Source of the DNA: Balanoglossus misakiensis
Lineage: Eukaryota > Animalia > Hemichordata
Assembly: GCA_040954595.2 (NCBI GenBank)
Contig: CM082582.2
Span: forward strand, 3,518,303-3,582,302
DNA: 64,000 bases
Reading direction: 5' to 3'
Part shown: piece after piece, positions 24,469 through 39,654 of the stretch
How positions within the stretch are numbered: the first letter of the stretch is position 1
Layout of the letters: each line of letters opens with the position of its first letter
Notes under the pieces: model-generated
Databases searched by the model: none
What the model was told of the DNA's origin: nothing
Seen by the model: the letters and a program-made list of their open reading frames with translations, nothing else
Program-made: the position numbers and the translations under genes

Positions 24469-27400
24469 ATGTCGGCCCAAATGATGCAAGGTATTGATTA
24501 TATCGTGAAGGCACCGATCCCTAGCGATATAGTCCGCCTTGCAGTTACGATGCCGGGAGAGATTCCTCAACTTTTGCAGTTTGACCAGGTAAGCGCAGAC
24601 GGCGAAACATTCACTCCAGACCCTAAGCCTAACTTTGTGTAGCTGTCAGTGTCCATGTCATGCATCCAAACTTGTCAATCGTTGATCCACAATGTAGGTA
24701 ACGTGTTCAATCTCTTTGCCTGCAAAAGGATTCATCACGTTGTACAAACGCAAGAAAACTGCGAATACATGATCCCTGTAAATAACATCATATAACATGC
24801 AAAGACTTCCAGCAGCCCTCCAAACATATTGGGGGGGGGGGGGGGGATATTTAGGGTGTTTAAATTTGTGATCATACCCGTCCATATTCTAAAGTTCATC
24901 ATAGGTCAAATATATACAGTCTATTTACATGGCCAGTTGCAAAGACGAACAGTCATAAAATGATACAGTACAGCACAGACAATCAACAGAACAAAGTCTT
25001 GTCCGTGAAAGAAAGATATATGGACTTCCGGCATTAAGACCAGGAAGTGATGTTGGGTGTTTCAAATATAGTAAGCTTTTAGTATGTGCCTTAACACGGT
25101 CACCTATGGAAATTTAGCTACAGTTACCATGGTAAACTTTAGATCTAGCCAATCACGGATTTTTAGTGGGTGGCACACCCGAAAAAAAAGCGCCACCATA
25201 TGTTCTCTAGAACCCTCAAATTCGCCATTTCTGCCATATATGGGCGTATGTTAATTGAAGGTGACTGTATACCTTTAATGTGAGTGCAAAATCCATGCAT
25301 TGATTCGAATAGGCATTATCCGGGATAGGCGATACATCGCCATAAGACACACAGCCCTGTCACGCAGAGCTACATCCGGGAATGAAGCAGGCCGGTGAAT
25401 GTTATATTGACTGGTTACTGTGGGAAACCTAGTCAGATGAAACCAGTCTGACAAGGCATGTAATGAAAATATTTATTGCCTGAATATGTTGTGTGTGGGC
25501 CATCATGACAGGAGACCAGTATGCCCTCCTGCGTCAGGCAAATGAACCCATGTGCTGAGGCCCATATACCGGTACCCATGTATTCAATCAATAGGATATA
25601 ACCCATCCCAGGCCATATGGGCACCCGCAATATATCAATCTCAAAGTCAAAATAGGAAGCAGTCACACACTAAAGACAAATGTGGCTGATACCATCAGCA
25701 TTTATTTGCTTAAAGGGAGGGATCACCTAGAGTGATTTTGCATATGTCTTCTGCGAATTTGGTTAGCCAATAGAAGTTGTTTTTACCACAAGGCACAAGT
25801 CACCAATTTTCACTAAAATCAAAGAAAAAAAACTACAATATTATCATTATCATGGCATAATTACAGTTTTTCATGTGCTCCAACATGACACAAATGCTTG
25901 GGAAATTTTCGAACGCTAATGTAAACAACTGTATTTCCTCTACAGTAACACTATTTTAAATTGTGGTAATACATGTAATAAAAAGAACGAGATATGTACA
26001 AGCAATACATCTATTCAAAATAGGAGTGCAACAATCATTGAGTTGGCACTATTTTAAATGAAAGTGGAATCAAGCATTGAAGCAAATTTAAACATTGTGG
26101 AAAATGTTCAAGAAAAATCATTGTGAAAATATCAGTTAGATAATTCTACTTCTAAATGTTTCCCCTTTTCAGAAAAAGCCATTGGCAGCAATCATCAAGG
26201 ATTTGTGTGATGCATGGTCCTTATCCGACCCAGAACAGTATGCTCTTCAACAAACAGAAGGTGGTGAAGTCTATATTACGGAGAAAAACAGGAATGAAAT
26301 CAACAATGGCAAAGTGTTGCAGCTGACAATTTCACCAGTAAGTCACAGTTATCATTATTTGACCATCATGGAAATTACAGGTCTCCAACTCACACTACCG
26401 ATCAGTAGGAGTGAATGAACAGAAGACAAGAACTGACTCCACAAACTTTGCAAAATGTTGAAATGTTGAATTTCTAGTTCAGCCAGTGTGACACCTTCAC
26501 ACAAACATTCTAATTGATGCATGATCATTTTGCAGAAAGGTAATTAAATTTTTAATTTGGAACTCCATCATATGTTTAACTTTTGTGTTTTTCAGGGGAG
26601 AGCAGCACAAGATGTGTTTGAAAAAATCTCAGTGGGCAAGACAGAGGAGAAGAAACATGCATTGCAGAGACTGGCAAGGCACTCGGCTGATGTCACGTTT
26701 GCTGGAGAGTTCATATCAAGAAAAGGGGTCGAATTGCTCGTGCAAAGAGTTGAAAATGGAGCAGAGTGAGTTGAATGTAAAAAGTTCATTCTGTCTTTAT
26801 AACCTTGATACATGAACACATTTTGTGCCAACTTTGTTTGGAAGAAACATCCGACCTTTAAGAAGGCCATTTTGCCATGCAATCATTAGGCAGGTGTGAA
26901 AATTTTCACTGGTGTGTGGTCAAGCTCTAGTGAAAATCTCAGTGATTGGAATTTACAACTAGACCACAGTGTAGTGTCTGAACACAGTTATTTTTATTAT
27001 CATTTTTTGCGCTCGATTTCAGTCTAAAACTGTCATCTAATGCAAAAAATTGATTTGTTGGTAACTTGGTAGTACTAGCTCCTGAAATCCTTATTTTCAC
27101 GATGTCAAATTGAGTTTCTCCTCAGTGATATTTGAGTCTTACTATTAATTGAAAGGAAAGGAAAGGGATTCATTTTGTATGATGTCAATAAATAACACTG
27201 AAAACCATGCTTATAGCACACACACACATGTACATGCTAAACAGGGTTATATTACACCAACACTTCACCACACCTCACCTTCCATCCCCAACACACACAC
27301 ACACAAGCCCTGAATAAAAGGCCATTGCTACTTTTGTTATTTTCAGATCTGGTGAGAATTTGGCTTATACACTGACAGCATTTCTGGAGCTTATGGACCA

Positions 27401-30400
27401 TGGCATTGTGTCTTGGGATATCTTGTCACCTGCTTTTGTCAAAAGAGTAAGTTACCATCATTTGAGGAAATTTTATTAAATTTGTGCCTGAGAGAAAATA
27501 ATCACTAAACCTGATGCTAGAATAAATAGATCATTTTCATTTTCATTTATCAGGACTCCAAAAACAATGATTTTACAATTTACCTCACCTGTGTGATTTG
27601 CTGTCTTTTGTCAGGTTGCTGGTTATGTCAATAAAACTGGACAAACTGACGCCACTGTTTTACAGAAGTCTCTGGCCATTTTGGAATCTATAACATTAAA
27701 CAGGTACATGTAGCTTGCTGTTCACATATCTATCAACAGCATCCCATATTGTGGCACTTGATATGCATTGCAACCCATTCTATGATGGTATTTATAGGTT
27801 ACATGTAGTCTCCGTTGAATTCTGAGTTAAATCACGGGGTGGCGCTTCCTTTGTGCAATCTCCCTTCAGAATAAATTGGTTTTATCACTTGCACAAGCCA
27901 AGTTTATCAATGCTGAACAGAAAATACCCGGATTTATACTACATGAACGTCACAACAACAGGCTAGGCGTCTATATGATCAAATCTGTGGTTCCAGAACT
28001 ATATTTTGCATCATTGTCATTTGTAAATGCACAAAATGGTGACTGAATTTAATGGTTTGCTAGAGAAATGTATTTTGAGACTACTGCTATTTACATACAT
28101 GTATGTGTTTTCTTTACTTTTTTCCCAGCAACGAGCTCTACCAGAATGTGTCACAAGAAACCACATTTAACAATCTTATTCCACACCTGAAGATGTAAGT
28201 ATATCTTAGATGAGGATTTTGATAAGGATTTAAAGGGTGGTTTATATCTGTGTATGAAAAAAATGCTTTTTTAATGTGATAATCACTTACAGTACAATGT
28301 GAGCTTCACATTTTTAATATTTTCAACAGTCAAGCGATAGTGTCATATATTTATGTTCTGTTCAACTAGGAACAACACTGAGGTCCAACAGAACTGTATT
28401 GCATTAATGAATGCACTTTGTCTACGAGCACCTGAAGAACGACGAAAGGCAAGTTGACATTTCTACGTGCATGTTTATTATACTAAGATACGTGCAACTG
28501 GTGAAATTTGCCTCTAGATCATAATGCACAACCAGTCTGTACCTGTGATGTTCTGCTGTTGATGTGAAAACTTATATCACTCTCGGGATAAAAAAGGACA
28601 ATTAAGATCATCTTTGACTTTGAATGTGAAAAATGCAAGAAAAAGAAAGTTTGGCTATGTACTCAATTGGAAGCTGACGCCTGAGATTCTGGACCTGTAG
28701 TTTGGCATTTATGCTTGGACTGAACCATGGTGGTGAAAGGGTTAAGTTTGTTGTCTGGTAGAAATCCAGTGTCAATCTATATTACTGTTTGTAATATGAA
28801 CATAAGTTGACGCCTATCTTTGTTTCTTGTCTCCCACAGAAACTAAATGAGCAGTTGTCATCCAAGGAAGTCAGAGTTGTCCTTTTGGAGGTGAGTGTCA
28901 TTTGTCCATTGAGGAGAAGGTTGAAGTATTTTATTGACAAAAATATGCAAAAATTGGTTGCTACTGGGGTGTTAAGTCCTTTCGACTGAAGATCCTTTGG
29001 ACCTATGTGATTACTGAATAATAAACACTTGAATAAACTTTTGCATATTTTTTGTAGTCTGTAATTTTTCAGATGTGCAAACAGAGCCTTTACTGGTACA
29101 AGTGCCTTTGCCACTGACATAAACCTGCAGATATCGCCATCATCTTCTTCATCTTATCAACTTTATCATCATCATCACCATCATCTCTATTGCTTACTTC
29201 AACTTTTACACTTCCTATCAAGTTTGTTTTCTGTAATCAAGATTGTTCACCAAATCTCCAGCCAAATCTGAAGGAGCCACAATGTCACCAGTGACACAAA
29301 CAATATAACAAAGAAAATGTTAATATCTGATATTTCTCAATTACAACTCGCAGATACTGATGCTGTTATTTATTTTGTACGTCTTTCAGAGAGTGGTAAG
29401 GTCTCGTAACACAGGCGGTCAAGAGATGGCACACCAATTGTATGTCTTCCAACAATTGACCTTTAACCTTTTAGAGGCCAGAATGCTTACAACTCTCGAT
29501 GAATCGGTAAGTGTTCAATAAGGAAGCTTGTGTGGCGTTTTGCTTGAATATTCAGAAAAATTACGTTTTCAAACCAACTGTGTATGGCATTTGGACACAT
29601 TTCTTTGTCCTTTGAATATTGTAAATCACAAGTAGATGATCCTATGTCCACCAAAGTTTCACACAAACATACTAAAGATACATTCTCAAACTGAATCTCA
29701 AAATAGTTCTAACTTTCCTAACAACTTGTAACAATCTCTAAATATTTAACCAGCAATTGTAGAAGAAACTACATGTAACCTTGGATTTAAAAAATCTGTG
29801 ACATAGTATGTCTCTCAGTATACACAAGTTTCAGATTGTGCGAGTGACCATCAGCTATTGTGAGGCAACAGTTACACCTTTTTTAATAAATTTCATAAAG
29901 CTGCCCTTTTAAGCAGTGTGAATTCTGACAAGTATGATTTTGAGTCAATCTTAGAATTTCTTGAAATTTCAACCCTATACCTTTACATGTAATACGGATA
30001 ATTTTAAAGTTTCCCTTTTATTTCATATACAAAGTTGTACGTGCCTTAACCATTAAGGAAATATCCATACATACATGTCCAAAGTACTCTGCCCCCCCCC
30101 CCCCCACATTTTCTTCGTACCAAGTAATCACCAATGGTTTTCTATCATTGTCATAAACCACAATGAAGTATCTCAGATTTTATTTATAGATGCCGTATCA
30201 TGTAACTCTGAATACATGGAAATGTTCAAATCCTAGTTAGCCCATGCTTGGCTTATACAAGACCAAATACTCAGTGTTGAACTCAGAGATAGCATTTTGA
30301 TGTTTCCTAACATACCTCGGAATTACCAGAATAGTGTCTCACAGTCCCTACTGAATGACTAAACATTTACCTTACCCTGTTAACTATACATATTATCATA

Positions 30401-33400
30401 CACCATTAATTAAAAATTTAGTGGAGGAAGGTTAGCTGGTGACATGTTTCACTTTGAATGAAATCCTCCCCCTCCCCATGGGGTGATTGCTTGGGAATTC
30501 TCAGTGTCAGTCGCACAAGTAGAGCTTCTTGGACTTTGAGAATTATTTGGTGAATTGCGATTGGTCTAGTGATCAATCTCAACAATCTGTTTATCTCAAC
30601 AGACTCGGGGACAGGTGATACAAAGTATTGGTGACCTTCGTAAATTAGCATTCGACACGGATCATGAACAGCCACCAGTTAAAGGTCGACCTGCTGAAAG
30701 ATTGCAAGAAGATTACAAGAAACTTGGCTTCACTGTAATTTTAATCCCATTGTTAAAATAGCAGATAATAATTGGTTTGTTCTCTGGTAATGCTAATGTC
30801 TGTACTGGACTCATGCCATGTATTGTTTTTCTATTTCTATACCATAAAACATTGCCTCCTCACACAACTTTACCCACTCTTTTACCTGCTGAGAGGAAAT
30901 TAATTAAACAACTTGAACGACTTCTGACTTGCTATCCACATCACTATTGTTCTCAAGTGGTCATCATGAATAAGCAATGTCTGATTGATCAGAATGAGCC
31001 TAACTATCATTTTTGAATGGAACAATACTGATAATGTGCATATAGAGCACTAATCCATACATTGCTGTATTTTGTGAATAACCGTGTATTATTTTTTTCC
31101 TTCCATCCAGGATACTAACAACCCTGCCAATGATTTCAGAGAAGTCCCTCCTGGTATGTTGGTCTTGGACAACATGATATATTTTGCTAAAAATCATACA
31201 GAAAATTACACAAAGGTAAGATGGAAGATATTACACTCTTTACAGCTAGTCTGTCACTGAAACACTCAACTTCATGTAAATATTCCTGCAAGATAAAAAA
31301 ACATCAGAGTATTACTTTTGAGCTCATGATTGACAAAATAAGCTGTTTTGTTGCTGTAAATATACATTTAGCATCCATGGTAGGCTTATTATAGTGTCCT
31401 TTATGATGACTGTGAAAAAATTTGAAACAGAAATGTAATTGTTTCTTAGAGCACAAGGCTTCACTGTAAGTCGTCCCTCGTTCACGGCAAGTTTTTTTTA
31501 ATGACTTCAAAGATTGCAGACATGGTCGGAGATACTATATAGAAAATTCTTCACCGTCAGTGAGAAAGAGACAAGATGCAAATCATTCACAGTGACTCAT
31601 TTTGTGTTTGTGCAGACAGTTTTAGAGAACTCTTGTCGAGCAGATGAGCATGCTTGTCCATTTGTCAATACATGTATACATCTGATGAAAATGTTGTGTG
31701 AAATCCTCAAAGTTGGTGAACAACGTAAGTTATTTATACTTGTCCATTATTATATTATGCGTACAATTATTATATGTTTTTTGTATAACTACAAAGGGAC
31801 GATGAGTTATTACATTATGTGAACATCCAGAAAGACAAATGCTTTGACTGTTCAAGTGCTGAAAGTATCTAACCACTTCTTGAATGCCATAGTTATGCCC
31901 CAGGGCAACAGATGGCAAAACAATAAAATACCTGGCAAACACATAATCCTTGTTTGAATTTGAAAGATTTTGCTTCAGGCATGTCAGAGTTTGGCTGCAA
32001 ATTAACAGATTTCAGTCTCTGGACTTAAAATTGCCGTTGTTTGCAAATGTGTAAAATATAATGTTACGCTCCTTATGTTTGCCTCAACAAATTCCATTCT
32101 TAATCAAAGTTGCAACAGTACTCCTATCATTAGCTAACAGGGTTTTTTTCAGTTAACAGTATTTGAACAATTTTAAACTTGATTTTTCAAACTTCAGCTG
32201 CTGAGACTGGACAGGAATACTATCCAATGTTTTTTACCTGTGATAATGCATTTGAAGAATTCTTCTGTATTTGCGTACAACTTTTGAATAAAACCTGGAA
32301 AGAGATGAGAGCGCGCATCAGTAAAGAAGACTATGGATTGGTAAGAAATCTATACCTAGTCATTACCATGTTACGTGCTGTATAATTAATTTAAATTTAC
32401 GATTTTTTTTTCTGATTTGTTAAAAAACATTTTTATGTGCCATTTCTCTGGATATTTCTATTGTATTTCACAGGCAATTATTCCATGTTTGCTCAAAAAA
32501 TCTACTTCTTAAAACAATTTTATTTTCGCGAGCAATTAATTTTCGCGAAATACGTGAGAGCCAAAATAGCGTGAAAATAAAAAGTAGCGTAAATATTTTT
32601 GAAGATAACAATGCAGTGAATGAAATAAGAGAACGCAAAAATTAATACTCACGAAACAGTGGCCTCTCAGTCTCTAGATATGGCGAAAATTTTAACTCGC
32701 GAAAATAAAAATGTTTTACAGTACCGGTATCCAAATTTTGTCAAATTGATAAAACTGGTAGCTTATCTTAACCCATAAATATGTTTAGAATGTCAATGCT
32801 AGTATTTCACACACATGTCACTTAATCTAATCAACAGAACTAGTACTGGCGGTCTGTCTGTTCCCAAACCTAAGCAAATATATTATAAATGATTGTTCTT
32901 GTCCTTGATGATATTTTGTTGTCTTCAATTGTCAGGTTATGGCAACTGTGAAAGAACAAATCACCAGGACACTGAACGAAAGGCCAGCATCGATGGATAG
33001 CTTTAAGACGAAGATCTTCGGTCTCGGCTACAACAAAATTGTGCAACTGAGAGAACAAGAGAGACTTGAAAAGGCTGAGTGGGATTCACAAGCAAAACCT
33101 GTCTTGTAAGTATTGGGCAAAAGTTGGTCAGAATTTCAAGAAGCTACCATTATAACAGTATACGCATATTGACTCTGGTGTCTCATACACATTGTTTGCT
33201 TGTTTACAGGGAATTACGAGAGCATCTCAAACCCTCCATTATTGAGCTGATTAAACAGCAACGCCTGTCAAGCCTGGTTGAAGGAACACAGTTCAATAAA
33301 TTCACCACTCGCGGAAGAATAAAGGGTAAAACTTGTGTTTTATATCATAAGCTGTCTGTGTGTGTAATCATAACTGAAATCACAGTTTCACATTTAAAAT

Positions 33401-36400
33401 CCACAGACCTCCCCCTGTCTACATTCAAAATCAAAACTGTCACTTAGTGTGGTTTCAGGGAAATTTTTGCCTTTGTTTTTGTGTAAGAACTGTATTTCTC
33501 AGGAATCCCTTGCTAATTTGCATTGTAAAATATGTTTTTAGAGTTCTAGGTTGATGTGCTAAAACTATGGTGAAAGTGTCATTGCTACATACGTATTGCC
33601 AATTATATAGTGTTGTTGCCCACAAAATAAAACTGATGATTAGTATTGGTATAGGCATATATACCATGGGACCTTATGGGATCGGTTGCGTTTGTATGTA
33701 TGTATGGATGTATGTATGGATGGATGGATGGATGTATGTCTGTATGTCCGTCCACATCAAAAACTTGAAAACCGCTGCGCGTATCACCTCAATATTTGGT
33801 GTGTAGGTGCAGGCTGGGCTGTAGATGGGAGTTTGTCCAAACGAAGTTGCCAGGCCCAAAAATATGCAAATTAGCTGGAAAAATGTGAAATTTATCAAAA
33901 CTCTGAAAGTCAACAACTACTCGTCAGATTGCTTTAAAAATTGGTATGCATGTACCATATGTCAACCTCACATCGACCTGTAAGTGTTAAGTTAATATCA
34001 TCGATGTTTTATTTTTTATGAATTTTTTAGTCTTTTTATTAAATTTATACCTTTACTTATACCTCTATGGTTAAGCTATGTCCACGTCTTATCGTGGAAT
34101 TCTGGTCTGTGCAATAGTCCTGTACAATGAAGTCTATTGGTCAGTGAGCACAATGGGGCCAAAATAAAAGGCAAAATTTTGGGCTCACCTGTAACACCTG
34201 CTTAACACATTAATTATGTGCATACCTAATTCCGGGCTAACTAATAGGGCTAGAGGTTTCGTTCTTGTGGGACATGGACCAGTATAGGGTCAAAATTTCT
34301 TGCCAAAATTTTGGGTGACCTCAGGTGACCTTTGACCTACTTTATCATATCTTGGCATCCAGAGCAGGTACAGACTTGGCGTTTGGAGGGTTGGGACTAA
34401 AATTGAAAAGCCAAAATTGGGGGTCACCCGTGACACCTGCATATCTCATTTATTATGTGCATACCTAATTCCAGACTAACCAATAGGGCTATAGGTTTGG
34501 TTTTTGTTGAACATGGACCAGTATAGGGTCAAAATTTCTTGCCCAAATTTTGCATGACCTCAGGTGACCTTTGACCTACTTTATCATATCTTGGCATCCA
34601 GAGCAGGTGCAGACTTGGCGTTTGGAGGGTTGGGACTAAAATTGAAAAGCCAAAATTTGGGGTCACCTGTGACACCTGCATATCTCATTAATTATGTGCA
34701 TACCTAATTCCAGACTAACCAATAGGGCTATAGGTTTGGTTTTTGTTGAACATGGACCAGTATAGGGTCAAAATTTCTTGCCCAAATTTTGCATGACCTC
34801 AGGTGACCTTTGACCTACTTTATCATATCTTGGCATCCAGAGCAGGTACAGACTTGGCGTTTGGAGGGTTGGGACTAAAATTGAAAAGCCAAAATTTGGG
34901 GTCACCTGTGACACCTGCATATCTCATTAATTATGTGCATACCTAATTCCAGGCTAGCCAATAGGGCTAGAGGTTTTGTTTTTGTTGAACATGGACCAGT
35001 ATAGGGTCAAAATTTCTTGCCCAAATTTTGCATGACCTCAGGTGACCTTTGACCTACTTTATCATATCTTGGCATCCAGAGCAGGTACAGACTTGGCGTT
35101 TGGAGGGTTGGGACTAAAATTGAAAAGCCAAAATTTGGGGTCACCTGTGACACCTGCATATCTCATTAATTATGTGCATACCTAATTCCAGACTAACCAA
35201 TAGGGCTATAGGTTTGGTTTTTGTTGAACATGGACCAGTATAGGGTCAAAATTTCTTGCCCAAATTTTGCATAACCTCAGGTGACCTTTGACCTACTTTT
35301 CCATATCTTGGCATCCAGAGCAGATATGCTTATTGCTATGTTGCTATGTGCTATGTTGGCTTGGGCCCGATATTGCTGCTTGCAGATCTGCTTGCAATGT
35401 CACCTGTAATTTTTATTCTGGTGTGTCACTGTTTCCGCATAATCCTCAAATGGGACCACAGTGTCCTTGACGCTATTTTTTTCACTGGTGATATTGCCAA
35501 AATAGCTAAATTTTGAGCTGTTTAGCAGCCAATGAGCTAAGAAAATTTATTGCTGTAAACTTTTTTTGACACTACTTCCCTACAATGTATTTCAACTATT
35601 GTGCAATTCTATTGAGTTTTTCACAAGGACAACATGATAATGGCAAACATATGCCACCACGTTGTCAGTTAGTTTACTGAGCCAGAGTAAAACATTGACT
35701 TTTCAAACAAAATTTCCTCTGATATATTTTCCAAACCTGTTTTTCCAGCAGGGAGTGTATTGGACAATGACTTGTTGTGTAAGTCAAATTTTATGCCATA
35801 GCTAATTTTTGTTTACTTTACTTGGCAGATAAGTACTGGTATTGCAGATTGTCACCAAATCATAAAGTATTACACTATGGAGATATAGATGGTAGTCACC
35901 AACCTCCCATTGAAGCACTTCCAAATAAATGTAAGTATTACAGGCATTTAATAAGGCGCTCAGTATCCATTAGAATACAGTCCTTGTGATCCACACTTTG
36001 TCTGTTTTTGTTCGAAGGGTACAGACTTAAACAGATTTGGTTTCACACTCATTACTATTATCTTCCATTTCTAAACAAGAATATGCAAATAGAAGCTGTT
36101 CGTTTTGACTGAAAATGTCTGTCTCGTTCCAGGGTATGCCATCACTTTAATTGCATGAAAATTGTCATTTTTTAAAAAATCTTTTCAACTTCATCCTCAA
36201 GGATAAAATGTTTTCACTTTCTACCTAAAATGGATGTCATGTCAATTACCTGTTTATTTATGTATAGTGATATACGTACAAAATTGTAGCACCAACTTTT
36301 TAGGAACTTGCTACAGATATTACTTCAATTGACACTGTCATAGCCGATGCAAAACTGATTGTCCTAATCTATTGTCACCATGTTGATTTTTTAACAGTAC

Positions 36401-37575
36401 AAGTGTCTGAAATTAGGAATTTGGTGACAGGAAAAGACTGCCCTCACATGAAGGATGTTAAAAGGGTAGGAACTCTCATCTTTTTGTGTTATATGCATTT
36501 TGGGCACAAAAAGTGCAGTTGACTGACGTTCCATTTGTCCATGTGTTTGTCTGTCCAACTACATGTATCTATCTCTCTGTCTAGAACTATGTGTCAGAGA
36601 TGCCTGGACTGATTTTTAAAAAAACATCAGGGACCTAATTCCCACAGGGCTGTACACTGATTGCACTGAACACAGCTAAAACTTCTGTCCCTATAAAACT
36701 AAAATTCAGCAATAACATGTTACTCTCATACAACTTTTAATTTCAGGGTCAAAGTCAAATAGCTCTGGCGTTTTCAATTATTCATGATCCCATTGGAGAA
36801 GAGGATGCATTGAACTTTGTGGCACTTAACACTCATGTGGTAGGTATTAACTTGGTGATCAGTTTCCACCAACTTTCTGGCAATAGTTTTGTATCATGCG
36901 CATTTTGTTTATTCCCTTGGTGCATTCTATACCTGACGTCTAATGAAGGCTTACTATTAAAGCCCCCATAGCTGCCAAATTTCACATATTTTTTCCACAA
37001 TAAAAACTTCAAATATATTCCCTATCCTCTAAAATCTTCACCATTAAGCCATATTACTTGTACTTGTATCAGTTTGTCATCTCTTGGCGACGCATATCAC
37101 GATAGCTGCGTACTGTTTGTATGGAGGCTGATTAAATGCGTGTGGCACCGTTGTTACACAGCATTTTCAAATTGCTACATACAGCCACAATCGGGCATTG
37201 ATAAGATGTCCATGTATACTATCAGGAAGCTTATTTAGATGGACTAATTTATTTGAAAATCATGAAAATAATGCAACAAGTGGCAGCTCTAGAGGCTTTA
37301 AGACACTGCACCTTGAACTTTGCTTTTTGCTGTCAAATTCTGATCAGTTCTGTTTTGTTTTTTTGCCGGCACAGTTCCACATTTGGACGGACGGCATCAA
37401 CGCACTTCTCAGCAATGAAATGACCAGTGAAGAAGCCAAGAATGATATGGAGACACTGCTTGGAATGGAGATTCGACTTCGCTTACTGGACACGGAAAAC
37501 GTGCACATTCCCGGACAGCCACCGCCAATTCCAAACCCACCAACCAGTTATGACTTCTACTATGACTTCCATTGA
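24469..37575 (+). CDS. ELMO: Engulfment and cell motility protein ELMO/CED-12 (19 coding exons, about 731 aa)
   Basis: Exons 24469-24588, 26173-26337, 26596-26765, 27347-27446, 27615-27703, 28129-28194, 28370-28448, 28840-28890, 29390-29506, 30603-30734, 31111-31215, 31616-31724, 32198-32340, 32936-33105, 33210-33325, 35829-35930, 36398-36465, 36747-36839 and 37375-37575 sum to 2196 nt in frame. Motifs [81 protein letters not shown] and the C-terminal PPPIP. Confidence 0.97.
32511..32723. mobile_element. MITE, second copy of 23351-23560, in an ELMO intron
   Basis: Shared internal sequence GAGAGCCAAAATAGCGTGAAAATAAAAAGT and right end GTTTTACAGTA. Confidence 0.85.
33660..35400 (+). mobile_element. 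Putative Helentron-associated (HINE-like) element carrying a tandem array, in ELMO intron 15
   Basis: 5' (TGTA/TGGA)n microsatellite, central 239-bp array and 3' GCTGCTTGCAG motif. A related diverged unit with a similar 3' end (GCGGCTTGCAGC) lies at about 43225-43500. The element class is an inference. Confidence 0.5.
34156..35325 (+). repeat. Tandem array of a 239-bp unit, about 5 copies
   Basis: GGGACTAAAATTGAAAAGCC recurs at 34393, 34632, 34871 and 35110. The first copy is more diverged. Confidence 0.95.
36957..37301. mobile_element. TTAA-flanked MITE in ELMO intron 18
   Basis: TTAAAGCCCCCATAGCTGCC...GGCAGCTCTAGAGGCTTTAA. Homologues at 48227-49001 and from 63791 to the window end. Confidence 0.85.
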
Positions 37576-39654
37576 ACCATTCTTTTCCCTTATCCCAGAA
37601 AAGGAATTGGGACTGGAAAACAATAAACTTTTTCACTTTACCCACGAATACCATATGCAGTATAAACATACACTATGTACCACTTTATGTGTTATAGAAT
37701 ATCTACTAGTCTTTTGTGAATGTTACTTTCATTTGCAAACAATTAAGTCAAATGCCAAGTGACTGTATGCTTCAAGTAAAAAAAAAAACATTTGTCAAGC
37801 TCACAAAGTAGTTTGTAGTTTTTCTGCATAAAAGGTTAAAGTGAAGAGGTCGTTGCGCCGTGTTTGTTTATAAACATTACAATTCATCCACAACAAATTA
37901 GATCATTCTTAGAATGAACAAAGCAGCCAACTGTAGTGTAGACTTGGCATGGCAGCAACTGAAGATCCTAGTAGGTCGTGGCGACTGCAGTGGGGTTTTT
38001 GCTGGTATGGGAGGACATATTCTCATTAAGGGGACACCTTCGCGGCGCGACGACCCCTTCCCTTTAAGGATATATAGTGGAAGTTAAAAGAAGATATACT
38101 AGGTCATCCAGTATTTCACTGTCATGGCGACAGTTCCCACGTAAATGAGTACCAAGTACCCAGAAAAAATGGTGATGCATCATCAGATAATTTTGTACAC
38201 TTCGTTTTAGTATATTCATAAAGTTTTCAAGCTTTCAATGTCAGCATAGGCATGGCAAACATTATCTATTTCAAACAGATATCAGCTTGTTTTAAACAGT
38301 GTCATCTCAAAGTCATCTCAAAGTCATCTCATTCAGCAATATCTTGACACATCATTATCAACAGGGGAAGGGCACATTGTCTTCAGCAAACTCTGATGTT
38401 TAAAGCTTTGCAGTCTTCAAATCTGTATTTAACTAATTGATCTTCAACCCACAGGAATGCATGTCTGTGACATCAGGCTCAATCATATTCGTCTACTATT
38501 GGCAGTACATGTGAGCTGTTGAATGAAATTAAATTAGGTCCAATGACCAGGAATAATAATTGTTGTAAAAGCGCCTTGAGGACAAAATATTGCAGATACG
38601 TGCGCTATTTAAGAACTCACTATTCCTATTATTTTCAATTCCTATGATGAAAAGACATCATAATTTTTACAGCATCTCTGTTAGTTCTCTTATCATCCAG
38701 TGTTTTAGCAGTCAGCAGTGTTAATTAGTTGACTTTAATAACTTGGCATGTGTTTGAATGTATACCATGTGTGTATACCATGTAGTGAATTGTTGTATGA
38801 AGTGATTTATAGTGTCAGTGATCAGTGTGAGATGTTTTACAGATAAACAGCAAATATTGTCGCAATGCGGTCAAGTTGGGGTGACTGAATAAATGAAACA
38901 AACCCATATTGTAGATTTAGATCATTTTTATTTCAAATTATGAATCCCTGCCCTATGATCTTAGCATCGGTGAAAATGTTGAGACCATATTTTATATGGA
39001 AATGCCTGATATATTAATAAAAATAAATGTATAATATCTATTCCTACTGAGGCTGTATGTATTTATTTGCTTATGACAATATCCCTTGATATGTGTTTGT
39101 CAAAAATGGTATAATTTTTATGTAGTCACTTGCCGTGTACACCAATATTGGACAGATGGCAGATGTGTTTTCTGTTTAGAAGGTATCTGCATATTATAGA
39201 CATGGCCACATGTTGTGTTCACTACTTGTAGGGTGACTGACTGAGTGGTTTTGATGGATCAGGTATATTAACATATTGTCAGCGCTTCATCTGCTGTTGC
39301 CTATCGAGTGCACCAATCAGCTTTGAGGTTGTGCGTGTGACATCTGTGAACGACTGACCCAAAAGTACAAAAGGTTCTTCCTTATCCACGCCAAAGTTTT
39401 ATTCATGTTTGTTATCCTGCAGCTAACAGTCTATCCGGTGTGTTCATCTTTTCTGACATTCATTTAACTTTCCCTGTGCACATGCCCAGGTGTGCGTCTG
39501 CAGTGTTGTGTCATCGCCAGCCAGTTCGTCGTCTACATGTCCAGTCTTGAGTTCTGGCCACAGGAAATCTCTGTGTCTTCCAATGCCAGCATGTGCTTTG
39601 TCATCCTCATATAGGGTTGCATGTCAGTCACCTGTGAATGGTTGTACTGGGAGT

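Noticed and set aside
30261-30362. Intronic stretch reading [11 protein letters not shown]..., vaguely like ELMO exon 10 (possible duplicated or alternative exon)
   Set aside because: Weak similarity, in-frame stop and no good splice sites; the true exon is 30603-30734.
34156-35325. CRISPR-like array
   Set aside because: Units are contiguous 239-bp repeats without unique spacers, in a eukaryotic intron with no cas genes.
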